Assembly (NCBI GenBank): GCA_043800705.1
Contig: JAZDMS010000002.1
Span: 1-18,137 of the forward strand
Length of the DNA: 18,137 nt
Direction: 5' to 3'
Source of the DNA: Candidatus Altiarchaeota archaeon
GTDB lineage: Archaea; Altiarchaeota; Altiarchaeia; IMC4; SCGC-AAA252-I15
Shown in pieces: positions 1 to 7,441 of the stretch; within the stretch, counting starts at the first letter, position 1, and every line of letters starts with the position of its first letter. The translations under genes were made by a program, and so were the position numbers. Below the pieces are notes generated by a model. It was not told where the DNA came from and did not search any database. It saw only the letters and a list, made by a program, of their open reading frames with translations.

Positions 1-80
1 GCCAGACGTCAAACCCGCGCCAAGAAAACGGAAAAAGAAAACTTAACCTGCACATTTAATAGAAGAATAGCTTGGGCGGA

Positions 81-108
81 ATTGAGTTTAACAACGGTTA
101 AACGCACT
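81..108. other. dif/attI-like tyrosine recombinase site (11-6-11 imperfect inverted repeat)
   Basis: ATTGAGTTTAA-CAACGG-TTAAACGCACT. The reverse complement AGTGCGTTTAA-CCGTTG-TTAAACTCAAT matches the E. coli dif arms (GGTGCGCATAA / TTATGTTAAAT) at 8/11 and 7/11. It contains GTTRRRY (GTTAAAC) on both strands and lies about 105 bp upstream of a tyrosine recombinase gene. Confidence 0.65.
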
Positions 109-150
109 TTATGCGTTTAATCATCTTTTTGGGTGGGTTAAACGCACTTT
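96..150 (+). repeat. 15-bp direct repeat GGTTAAACGCACTTT (96-110, 136-150) plus an inverted copy TGCGTTTAA (112-120); probable accessory recombinase binding sites
   Basis: Exact repeats read from the sequence, 40 bp apart. TTAAACGCA (98-106) and TGCGTTTAA (112-120) are perfect reverse complements. Confidence 0.8.
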
Positions 151-213
151 TGGCTGTTATTTTTCCGGTGCTCTATGGTCTGTTTTTTAGGGGTGGCCTT
201 CCGATTATTCTTT

Positions 214-993
214 ATGGATTCGGCTTGTGCGTTGGCGTCTTTAGATGATGAGTTGAAGCTGAGAGGGTATTCGCAGCAGACAAGGAAGACGTATGGGAGT
301 TTCGTGGGCAGATACCTCGGCTCCGGCCTAGGTGCGAGGGAATTCCTCCTATCCAACGCCGAAAAGAGCGGTTCCACGCTGAGGACGGCCTATTTCGCGT
401 TGAGGTTCTACCATAATAGGGTTGAAAAAGACGGGTTCAGCCAGGATATTCCTTTGGCGAAGAGGCCGGGTAAACTTCCCGTCGTCCTCAACAGGTCGGA
501 GGTTCAGGAATTGTTCAAGGCGACTGATAACATAAAGCATAGGCTCATCCTCATGTTGTTGTACTATGGCGGCCTCCGGTTAGGCGAGGCTAGGAATCTG
601 AGGTGGGAGGATGTCGACTTCGAGAGGGGCCTGATTCATTTGAAGTCCTGTAAGGGCGGCCGGGACAGGGTCGTTTTCCTTCATGGGCGGGTTGCGAGGA
701 CGATGTGGGAGTGCGGCCTACACAGGGTCGGCCCAGTCTTACTATCCGGTAGGGGTGTGAAGTACTGTCCTAGGACTATTGAGTTGATAGTCGTGAAGGC
801 GGCGGAGAAGGCCGGGATAGGCCGCGAAGTCTCTGCTCATTCTCTTAGGCATAGTTTCGCGACGCACCTCTTGGAGGCGGGGGCGGGCATCAGGTATATT
901 CAGAGGCTCCTGGGTCATGCTGACGTGAGGACGACGCAGGTTTATACGCATGTGGCCAATGGCGGCATTCAGCGGTTGGCCTGTCTGCTTTAG
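214..993 (+). CDS. Tyrosine recombinase, Xer/integron-integrase-like, with short N-terminal SAM-like domain
   Basis: ELKLRGYSQQTRKTY N-terminus, KLPVVL, YYGGLRLGE (Arg), KGGRDR (Lys), HSLRHSFATHLLE (HxxR), LLGH, TTQVYTHV (Tyr); all catalytic residues present. Start placed at ATG 214; the ORF is open from 175. Confidence 0.93.
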   Translation: MDSACALASLDDELKLRGYSQQTRKTYGSFVGRYLGSGLGAREFLLSNAEKSGSTLRTAYFALRFYHNRVEKDGFSQDIPLAKRPGKLPVVLNRSEVQELFKATDNIKHRLILMLLYYGGLRLGEARNLRWEDVDFERGLIHLKSCKGGRDRVVFLHGRVARTMWECGLHRVGPVLLSGRGVKYCPRTIELIVVKAAEKAGIGREVSAHSLRHSFATHLLEAGAGIRYIQRLLGHADVRTTQVYTHVANGGIQRLACLL

Positions 994-1376
994 GCCTTTT
1001 TAGACACTTGTATCGCGGCGCCCATGGTAAGGCTCATTATGGGCATGGCGAGGTATCTCATCCCGATCTCGGCGTAGTATTGTCCGAAGGCCATCCCCGA
1101 CATGGGCAAGAGGACGATGACGTCCAGGAGTATGTTCATGACGAACCAGATGACGCCGATGGTGAAGCCTTCCTGTATCTGTTCCTTTTTCACGTCTTTG
1201 AAGATGTCTATCAGCAGGAGGCCTGCGCTCAGGCTTCCGACGATGATCATTATCGACTTGAACAGGTGTTCGTCGACGATCAGCCTCCCTTCTGCGGAGA
1301 AGAAGGGAATCGACAGGAGGAACGGTATCAGCCATGCGACGAATCCGTATACTGCTATCTTTGCGAAGACTTTCAT
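990..1376 (-). CDS. Small four-TM membrane protein of unknown function (128 aa)
   Basis: C-terminal part of ORF 990..1865 from MKVFAKIAVYGF with four hydrophobic segments. TATA-like TTATAAAC lies about 25 nt upstream. The longer N-terminus is a shadow of tpiA. Confidence 0.8.
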   Translation of the reverse strand: MKVFAKIAVYGFVAWLIPFLLSIPFFSAEGRLIVDEHLFKSIMIIVGSLSAGLLLIDIFKDVKKEQIQEGFTIGVIWFVMNILLDVIVLLPMSGMAFGQYYAEIGMRYLAMPIMSLTMGAAIQVSKKA

Positions 1377-1399
1377 GATGTTGTATTTTGGTTTCGTGT

Positions 1400-2095
1400 T
1401 TATAATACCCCTTTCACGAGGTCCATGAGGGCGGCCCTCGGGTCCTTCGCCTTGGTCACGCCCGAGGCGAGTAATACTCCGTCCGTGCCGAGCTTCAGCG
1501 CGTCTTTGACGTGGGCTCCGGTCTTCACGCCGGCCCCGGTCAATACTCCGACGGAGGGATTGGCTTTTTTCACGGCGTCCACTACGGCCGTTATCAGTTC
1601 GGGCCGTGTAGTCACGGAGACGTCTCCGCCTATGAGTTCCGGCGGTTCGGCTGCGATGTAGTCGGGGCCGAGCATGGCGATCTTCGTCGATTCGGTTATC
1701 GTCTCCTCGTTGGTTTTCATCCCAGAGCATATTATGGTCGCGAGGCCGGTTTCTTTGGCTCGGATTATTCTCGGTCCGATTTCGTCGATTGTCAGCTTTC
1801 TTTCTGAGTGGTTTATTAAAGTCCCTGATGCTCCGGCTTCGACTACGGCTTCGGGGAGTATCCATCCGGTTGCGCTGCCGTATTTGACGGGGTCTATGTG
1901 TTGGCAGAATACGGGTATGTTTACTCCTTCGTGGACGATTCTGACGTCTGCGGCCTGTACTGCGACGATGATGTTGGCTCCGGTCTCTTTGGCTATGTCG
2001 TCGCAGGCGTGTGCGAGTTTGACGGCGTTCCTTCCTGTCGCTTCCTGGTAGGTTTTGAAGTTCACTACGATGCTTTTTCTGAGGTCGGCTTTCAT
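1400..2095 (-). CDS. tpiA: Triosephosphate isomerase, archaeal short type
   Basis: NFKTY, QHID, INHSE, AEPPELIG, GAGV and GVLLASG motifs; 231 aa. Confidence 0.97.
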   Translation of the reverse strand: MKADLRKSIVVNFKTYQEATGRNAVKLAHACDDIAKETGANIIVAVQAADVRIVHEGVNIPVFCQHIDPVKYGSATGWILPEAVVEAGASGTLINHSERKLTIDEIGPRIIRAKETGLATIICSGMKTNEETITESTKIAMLGPDYIAAEPPELIGGDVSVTTRPELITAVVDAVKKANPSVGVLTGAGVKTGAHVKDALKLGTDGVLLASGVTKAKDPRAALMDLVKGVL

Positions 2096-2130
2096 GTTTC
2101 AGCTATTGGATTGGGGATATTTTAAGGCTT

Positions 2131-3024
2131 TTATGGGGCCTGTTTGGCGGCCTTTATCGCTTCGATGGCTGTGTTTATTCCGTATGCTGTGAGGTGGCCT
2201 TTCTGGTCTGCGTAGCCGATCAGTATTATCCTGTTTAGGGCTTTTTCCGCGTCTGATTGGGCGATGTTGAGGGATTTCGCGATTTCTCTCTTGTCTGTGC
2301 TGTTGTATAGGGATATGAGGATGCGGGTTTCGATGGGGTTGAGCCTCCTGTATTCGCCGCGCATGACGGAGACGACGCGCATGAAGTCGCGCATTGTCTC
2401 CTTCTTCGCGACGATGATGATGCAGGACATCCCGGAGGCCTTTATCTGGTAGTCTATGGCCCTGGATTCGCCTCTTATGCTTTCTGGGGAGTAGCCGATG
2501 TATATTTCCCTGTCTACTGTGGCTATGGCGGGGTAAGGTATCTCCTCCTGGCCGTCGGCTTTTTTGAAGGAGACTTTTTGGCTGGTGACGGTGACGGTGT
2601 TTGGGTCTATTTTTCTCATGCGAAATTCGGTGGTGTTGAAGCCGAAGAGGTCGTCCAGTATGGCGTATTGGAGGTTGTATCTGGCTATGGGGACTTCGAG
2701 GGCCATGTCCCTTATCTGGTCGCGGCAGCCTTGCATCACCTTCAGTATCGTCTGTTTGAGGGGGGTCCAGGTCTCGTTGACGCCGTATTGGTTTTCGAAT
2801 GCTTCGGCGACGGACATGAGGGTGTAGTATATTATGGGTCGGTGCTTCTCCTCTGCGTCGGTTATCCTCAGGGTCCCGTTCTCAACGGCGTATTTTACGC
2901 CTTCGGAATCGAGCGTTTTAGTGTTCCAGTCGAGGGCGGCCTTGGTCAGCTTCGGGTTCACCCTGCTCAGGTGGGCTGTGGCGGCGGCAAGCATGACGGC
3001 ATATATACTGGCCCCGGGCTCCAT
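2131..3024 (-). CDS. Hypothetical protein: unknown N-terminal helical region, PH-like domain and C-terminal winged helix, resembling the C-terminal half of archaeal taxis adaptor CheF
   Basis: VTVTSQKVSF..EIPYPAIATVDRE (PH-like) followed by LNPIETRILISLY..IAKSLNI..AEKALNRIILIGYAD..LTAYG, a pattern recalled from CheF C-terminal domains. Begins 6 nt after the KaiC-like gene. Confidence 0.55.
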   Translation of the reverse strand: MEPGASIYAVMLAAATAHLSRVNPKLTKAALDWNTKTLDSEGVKYAVENGTLRITDAEEKHRPIIYYTLMSVAEAFENQYGVNETWTPLKQTILKVMQGCRDQIRDMALEVPIARYNLQYAILDDLFGFNTTEFRMRKIDPNTVTVTSQKVSFKKADGQEEIPYPAIATVDREIYIGYSPESIRGESRAIDYQIKASGMSCIIIVAKKETMRDFMRVVSVMRGEYRRLNPIETRILISLYNSTDKREIAKSLNIAQSDAEKALNRIILIGYADQKGHLTAYGINTAIEAIKAAKQAP

Positions 3025-3030
3025 GTTTCG

Positions 3031-3732
3031 TTATTCGACGTCGCCGAACATTTGCGCATCTGGCGAGATCATCATCCCGTCGGAGGTTATCTTGAACGGG
3101 CACAGTCTCGTCGAGTGGTTGGTGTCTCGCATCTTGATTATCTCGAGGACCCTCAGTCTGTCCCTCTCCTTTGGTATGAGGTACATGTTTATCACGCCGT
3201 CGGCGACGAACTCCTCCATGTCGAATTTGGCGTCCGACCGCTTGTTCGCGGATTTTTCGAGCGCCAGCAGCGTCGTGCAGTCGAGGTCTCCGAGGTATGT
3301 GAGGAGTTCGTAAAGGTTGTTGCGGTATGCGTCGTCGCCCCTGAAGTACAGGCGCAGGAGCGTCAGGCTGTCGAGGACGACCCTTTTGACTCCGTGTTCT
3401 TCGACGTAGTTGCCTATTATGTCCTGCAGGTGGTTGAAGTCGTCGATCTTCACCCTCGTGACTGCGATGTGTGTGCTGAGGTATTTTTCCCAGTCCCATG
3501 ATCCGAATAGCGCCTTGGCGCCTTTCACGACCCTTTCGGGGCTTTGTTCGAGGGATATGAAGAGCCCTTTGTCGTTGTATTGCGCCGCTCCGCGGTAGAG
3601 GAATTCGTACAGGAGCGTAGTCTTTCCGCTTCCTGGGCCGCCGCAGATTATGACGTGCCTTCTTTTCACGAATCCGCCGCCTAACAAGTCGTCAAGTCCG
3701 GGTATGCCTGTGGGGACGCGTTCAACCATCAT
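3031..3732 (-). CDS. Single-domain KaiC/RAD55-like RecA-fold ATPase
   Basis: RVPTGIPGLDDLLGGG, Walker A GGPGSGKT, SLEQ, Walker B VVLDS, EEFVADGVI, IIKMRDTNH. GGTGA ribosome-binding site upstream. Confidence 0.93.
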   Translation of the reverse strand: MMVERVPTGIPGLDDLLGGGFVKRRHVIICGGPGSGKTTLLYEFLYRGAAQYNDKGLFISLEQSPERVVKGAKALFGSWDWEKYLSTHIAVTRVKIDDFNHLQDIIGNYVEEHGVKRVVLDSLTLLRLYFRGDDAYRNNLYELLTYLGDLDCTTLLALEKSANKRSDAKFDMEEFVADGVINMYLIPKERDRLRVLEIIKMRDTNHSTRLCPFKITSDGMMISPDAQMFGDVE

Positions 3733-3751
3733 ATCACCTAGAGAGTTTATG

Positions 3752-3778
3752 TTATGTATTTCCCTGGCTGATTATAAA
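3752..3778 (-). promoter_or_regulatory. Archaeal promoter (TATA box TTTATAAT plus downstream AATACATAA element) for the kaiC-like/cheF-like pair
   Basis: TTTATAAT on the minus strand at 3778-3771 and AATACATAA at 3760-3752. Confidence 0.6.
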
Positions 3779-3785
3779 CGGCTCA

Positions 3786-5369
3786 TCAGGCCCTTACCAT
3801 CGTGAAACTGCCGTATTCGGACTTTGTCAGCCTCTCGCCGGGGGCTATCCTTATGAGGTATAGTTCCGGGGTCTGCGCAACCCTTATGATGCCGAATGTC
3901 GTGATCGGCGGTGCGATGCTCACGTGTATCGGCCTGTTTGTGAAGAAGTGGGGATTCAGGGGAATCTCGTATATGGCGATGCCGAATAGGACGAGCGAAT
4001 ACCTGTCCGTCAGTGAGGCGGATTTGAGAAGCCTGTCCTGTTCTGCCTTCGGCAGTTTTTCGATTTTGATCTCGGAGCGGTGCAGCAGGACGTATACGGT
4101 CCTGTTGTAGTCGACGGGGAGCGTTTCCCCCACCGATGCGTCGATCCTGTCGATGTTGACTATCTCCGCGGCGGGGTTGTAGTACCTGAGTCCGTCTATG
4201 TAGTTGCCTGCGATGAGTTCGTCTATGAGTATCACGGGCTTCGCGCCGCTGTCGTATAGCTGAGGCAGCCGCCTGTATTCGTCGTATCCGTATTTGTTTC
4301 CGCAGAGCATGAGGACGCTGTAGAATGCGCCGGATATGGCCAGTAGCGCGGCCGCCGCCGCGAAGAGCTTTTCCTTTTTGATGTTCGATAGGAGCCTTGC
4401 TGATATGAGCGCTGCGAAGGGCGCGAGGGGGAGGAGGTAGTAGCTGTGTTTGTTGTATGCGAGGAAGAAGGCGATGAATAGGGCGCAGAATGCTATGGGT
4501 AGGGTGTCCTCTTTCCTCCTCCTGTATGCCGCATAGAGCATCCCTAAGGTAAAAACCGCCGCGATGAGCGGTGAGAGGCCCCAGAACGCCTCGTTCAGGA
4601 GGATCTGCGGGTCTTTGAGGCCTCCTCCTTCCTCCGAGACCGGTAGCATTATCCTGCTGGCCTGTCCGCCGATGAATCTGTCGCCGTTTTGGAGGATGTT
4701 GTAGGCCGCGTAGGGCGAGCTCGCCAGCGCGAACCCCAGGGAGAGCGTCAATACGTTCCGCCATCTCCCTTTCATGAGCTCCAATGCGGCTAATCCGATT
4801 AGGAAGAGGACGGCCGGCTGTTTCGCTGTGAATGCTGCCCCGAGGATGAGTCCCGTCGCCATGAATCCGCCTGCGAGGTAGAGGTATACTCCCGCGAGCC
4901 CGAGGGCCATGAATAAGGGGTCGGTCTGGACGTTTCTGCCGACTATCACGTTCATGGGGGTGAACGCGAGGATGGCTGCGGCCGCGAGGCCGGTCCGCTT
5001 GTCGTATATCCTGCGTCCGATCGTGTAGATGAGCGCCGTTGATGCGAGGCTGAAGATTATGGGCACGATCCTCGCCGAGGCTTCGCTTTCGCCGAATGCC
5101 ATGAAGGAGAATCCGAGCAGGTAGGCGGTGAGGGGGGGTATGTTGTTGTCGATTATGCCGCTTTCAAGGTGCGGGTAGGAGAGCGGGTTTTTCGCGATCG
5201 ACCTGCCCAGTTCCGCGTAGAACGCCTCGTTCGTGGCGCCGTGGAATCCGCCGAAGGCGTCACCGATGCGGTTGGTGTAGAGGATGAGGCTTGCCGCCAG
5301 TATCACGGCCAGGACGTGCCATCCGCGCATTCTCTTTTTCTTCCCGGTTTTTCGCCTGCTTTTTGCCAC
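3786..5369 (-). CDS. GT-C fold glycosyltransferase (ArnT/PMT-like, family 39/83)
   Basis: Multi-TM protein with NEAFYAELGR, NIPPLTAYL, FGESEASARIVPIIF, AAAILAFTP, QTDPL, AFTAKQPA and YYLLPLAP motifs, and a soluble C-terminal domain. GTG start 1 nt after the upstream stop. Confidence 0.85.
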   Translation of the reverse strand: MAKSRRKTGKKKRMRGWHVLAVILAASLILYTNRIGDAFGGFHGATNEAFYAELGRSIAKNPLSYPHLESGIIDNNIPPLTAYLLGFSFMAFGESEASARIVPIIFSLASTALIYTIGRRIYDKRTGLAAAAILAFTPMNVIVGRNVQTDPLFMALGLAGVYLYLAGGFMATGLILGAAFTAKQPAVLFLIGLAALELMKGRWRNVLTLSLGFALASSPYAAYNILQNGDRFIGGQASRIMLPVSEEGGGLKDPQILLNEAFWGLSPLIAAVFTLGMLYAAYRRRKEDTLPIAFCALFIAFFLAYNKHSYYLLPLAPFAALISARLLSNIKKEKLFAAAAALLAISGAFYSVLMLCGNKYGYDEYRRLPQLYDSGAKPVILIDELIAGNYIDGLRYYNPAAEIVNIDRIDASVGETLPVDYNRTVYVLLHRSEIKIEKLPKAEQDRLLKSASLTDRYSLVLFGIAIYEIPLNPHFFTNRPIHVSIAPPITTFGIIRVAQTPELYLIRIAPGERLTKSEYGSFTMVRA

Positions 5370-5370
5370 C

Positions 5371-6342
5371 TTAGAGCAACAATCCGATCACGTAGTCGAA
5401 TGCGTAGAACATGAGGAGGGTCAGCGGCATCAGGAGCATGAGGTATTGCACGAGATACTTGTCTTTGCCGTGCCTTATTATCGCGATGAGCCAGCTTGCT
5501 ATGAGTACCGTGATGCTCATGTTCCAGAACGATATTGACTCCAGGAATTCCGGTGTGAGTGTGAGCCTTCCGAATGTTATTCCTCCGACGTTCTCGACTT
5601 CGGGCATATCGGTCAATAACTCCTCCGTGATGGTCCTTATGGTCTTTATGAAATGGATCGAGACCGCGGAAAGGAGCGGCGCCCCGACGACCACGATGAA
5701 GGTGATGAACAGGACGTAGCTTTTGCTGCGGGTGATGATCTCCCTCCTGAGGTCCATGTCCTCCATGATGTCCTTCGCCATGTCGGAAAGGAGCGTGGCG
5801 AGGGGGCCTCAGGTCCTCATCCCCTCTATGAAGAGTTCTATGGCGTTTTTGAAGGCCTGGGACCTGACCCTCGTCGTCATGTCCCTCAGGGCTTCGTTGA
5901 ATTGCATCGTGCTGAGGGACAGGGCGACGGCCCTGTCTATCTCGTACTTGAGTATCCCGAATTCAGGCCTTGAGCTCTCATTGACCGCCTGGAAGGGTGT
6001 CATGCCGGAGTTGAGGTTGGCTGCGACAAGTTGCAGGAAGTTGGGGAGGACCTTCTCGACCGCCCGTCCCCTGCTTTCGGCCCTGAAGAATAGCGTGAGG
6101 TATGTCGCGACGTGGAAGATGAGGATGGCGACCAAGAGGACGAGCATCGTGGCGATGAAGTTCTGGACTGTGAAGAAGAGGGCGGCCGCCGAGACTGGGA
6201 GCACCACTGCGCTGATGACGAAGGCGCGCCCGAGCCAGTAGTCGGCGGACATGGCGCTGCCGCAGGAAAGGAGCAGGGCGGAGACCTTTTCCCTGATGGT
6301 CTTCGGAAAGAACCGGGATGTGACGTAGAAAGCCCTATCCAT
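5371..6342 (-). pseudogene. Type II secretion system F (TadB/TadC/ArlJ-like) pilus platform protein interrupted by one in-frame TGA at 5809-5811
   Basis: ORFs 5809..6342 and 5371..5781 are in the same frame and read EGMRT*GPLATLLSDMAKDI across the stop. Motifs LPNFLQLVAANLNSGMTPFQA and PEFGILKYEI. Joined length 323 aa. Confidence 0.8.
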
Positions 6343-6404
6343 GCCTTTATGTATTACCCTATCACATTATTATTAAGCACGGTCAATATGTATCTGGGGC
6401 TTTT
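6343..6404. promoter_or_regulatory. Compact divergent promoter with a central AT tract (TTATTATTAA, 6367-6376) usable as TATA box in both directions
   Basis: 62-bp gap between divergent starts; the AT tract is 25-38 nt from both ATGs. Confidence 0.55.
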
Positions 6405-7112
6405 ATGGAAGAGCGGATAAAGACGGGGATCAGCGGATATGATAACCTTCTTGGCGGCGGCTTCGTACCGCATAGCGTCAACCTCATATGCGGCTGCAGC
6501 GGCTCGGGGAAGACCCTTTTCACCATGTCCTACCTGTACAACGGCGTCCAGCAGTTCGGCCAGAGGGGGGTCTACATCACCCTCGAGGAGATGAAGGACA
6601 ACATCATAAGGGATTCGAAGGCTGTGGGCATGGACGTCGGTGCCGTCGATGACGAGAAGCTGATGATCTACGACATGTCGAGCCTGAGGCTGAATGCGGT
6701 CCAGACCAGCGACGAGATCGACTCGAACGAGAGCCCGCTGCGCCTTGACAACCTCCTTGAGTTCATCAGGCTAAACTACAGCGACGTAGCCCGTCTCGGC
6801 CTCGACAGCATAGTCCCGATAGCGATAGCCTACCACGACGAGCACGTCTTTAGGGCGGAGCTGTTCAGGTTCATGATGTCGCTGAAGCAGATGGGCATCA
6901 CCGTCGTGTTCACGACCGAGATCGCCCTGTCATCCAACGACACGAGCAGGTTCGGGATGGAGGACTTCCTCGCGGACTCCGTCACCCTCCTTAGGGTGAG
7001 GGAGGAGTGGGGCCGCCAGATCAAGGTCCACAAGATACGCGGCTCGAATCACATGAGGAACTTCGTCGACTACGACATCTCCTCTTCTGGCATTAAGGTA
7101 ATGTACAAGTGA
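6405..7112 (+). CDS. Single-domain KaiC/RAD55-like RecA-fold ATPase (second copy)
   Basis: RIKTGISGYDNLLGGG, Walker A GCSGSGKT, ITLEE, Walker B LGLDS, FTTE, EDFLADSV, VHKIRGSNH. Confidence 0.92.
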   Translation: MEERIKTGISGYDNLLGGGFVPHSVNLICGCSGSGKTLFTMSYLYNGVQQFGQRGVYITLEEMKDNIIRDSKAVGMDVGAVDDEKLMIYDMSSLRLNAVQTSDEIDSNESPLRLDNLLEFIRLNYSDVARLGLDSIVPIAIAYHDEHVFRAELFRFMMSLKQMGITVVFTTEIALSSNDTSRFGMEDFLADSVTLLRVREEWGRQIKVHKIRGSNHMRNFVDYDISSSGIKVMYK

Positions 7113-7116
7113 TACC

Positions 7117-7434
7117 ATGTCAAAGCTGGGTTCCGACCTCTTGACGTTTATGGTCAAGTGGTCCGGCAAGTCGGGGGGGCTCATATTAGTCAACGAGCTG
7201 AAGAAGCTGGGCATAGTCAACATAGATTCTATGTCCGACGAACAGAAGGAGAAGCTTATGACGGGGCTTACGCAGGACTATCTTTGCGTGTTCCTCGGCC
7301 ATAGCAGGTTCCTCATGGCGAGGGCGGAGCTGGTGGGGATACTCGGCATTAATCCCGACTCCTACAGGGTCAACGACAGGGGTTACGGGCATGTGCCGCG
7401 GTCTCCGAACCTCATGGGCAAGCCGACCGGTTGA
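7117..7434 (+). CDS. Small helical hypothetical protein (105 aa), likely partner of the KaiC-like ATPase
   Basis: Starts 4 nt after the KaiC-like stop, fills the gap to the convergent gene and is followed by a T-run. Shares the GxxG..E[LI]KKLGI..F[LV]G pattern with the N-terminus of 13984..14700. Confidence 0.75.
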   Translation: MSKLGSDLLTFMVKWSGKSGGLILVNELKKLGIVNIDSMSDEQKEKLMTGLTQDYLCVFLGHSRFLMARAELVGILGINPDSYRVNDRGYGHVPRSPNLMGKPTG

Positions 7435-7441
7435 ATTTTTT

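Noticed and set aside
36-60. Second recombination site around ACTTAAC (41-47)
   Set aside because: Matches RYYYAAC but has no convincing partner arm or hairpin within the window.
138-377. 79-aa minus-strand ORF overlapping the recombinase start
   Set aside because: Antisense to the recombinase, ends inside the repeat region and has no recognisable features.
214-993. Canonical integron integrase IntI
   Set aside because: No room for the IntI-specific insertion in the catalytic domain, and no complete attC or cassette is visible in the window.
5809-5811. Alternative genetic code (TGA=Gly) or selenocysteine
   Set aside because: TGA clearly terminates several other genes here, including ATGA overlaps and a TGATGA double stop. 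The position corresponds to Gly rather than Cys, and no other gene is interrupted.
3031-7112. Circadian kaiABC clock, or RadA/RadB
   Set aside because: Single-domain proteins, no kaiA/kaiB and no Ser-Thr phosphosite pair. The motifs fit the KaiC/RAD55-like group rather than recombinases.
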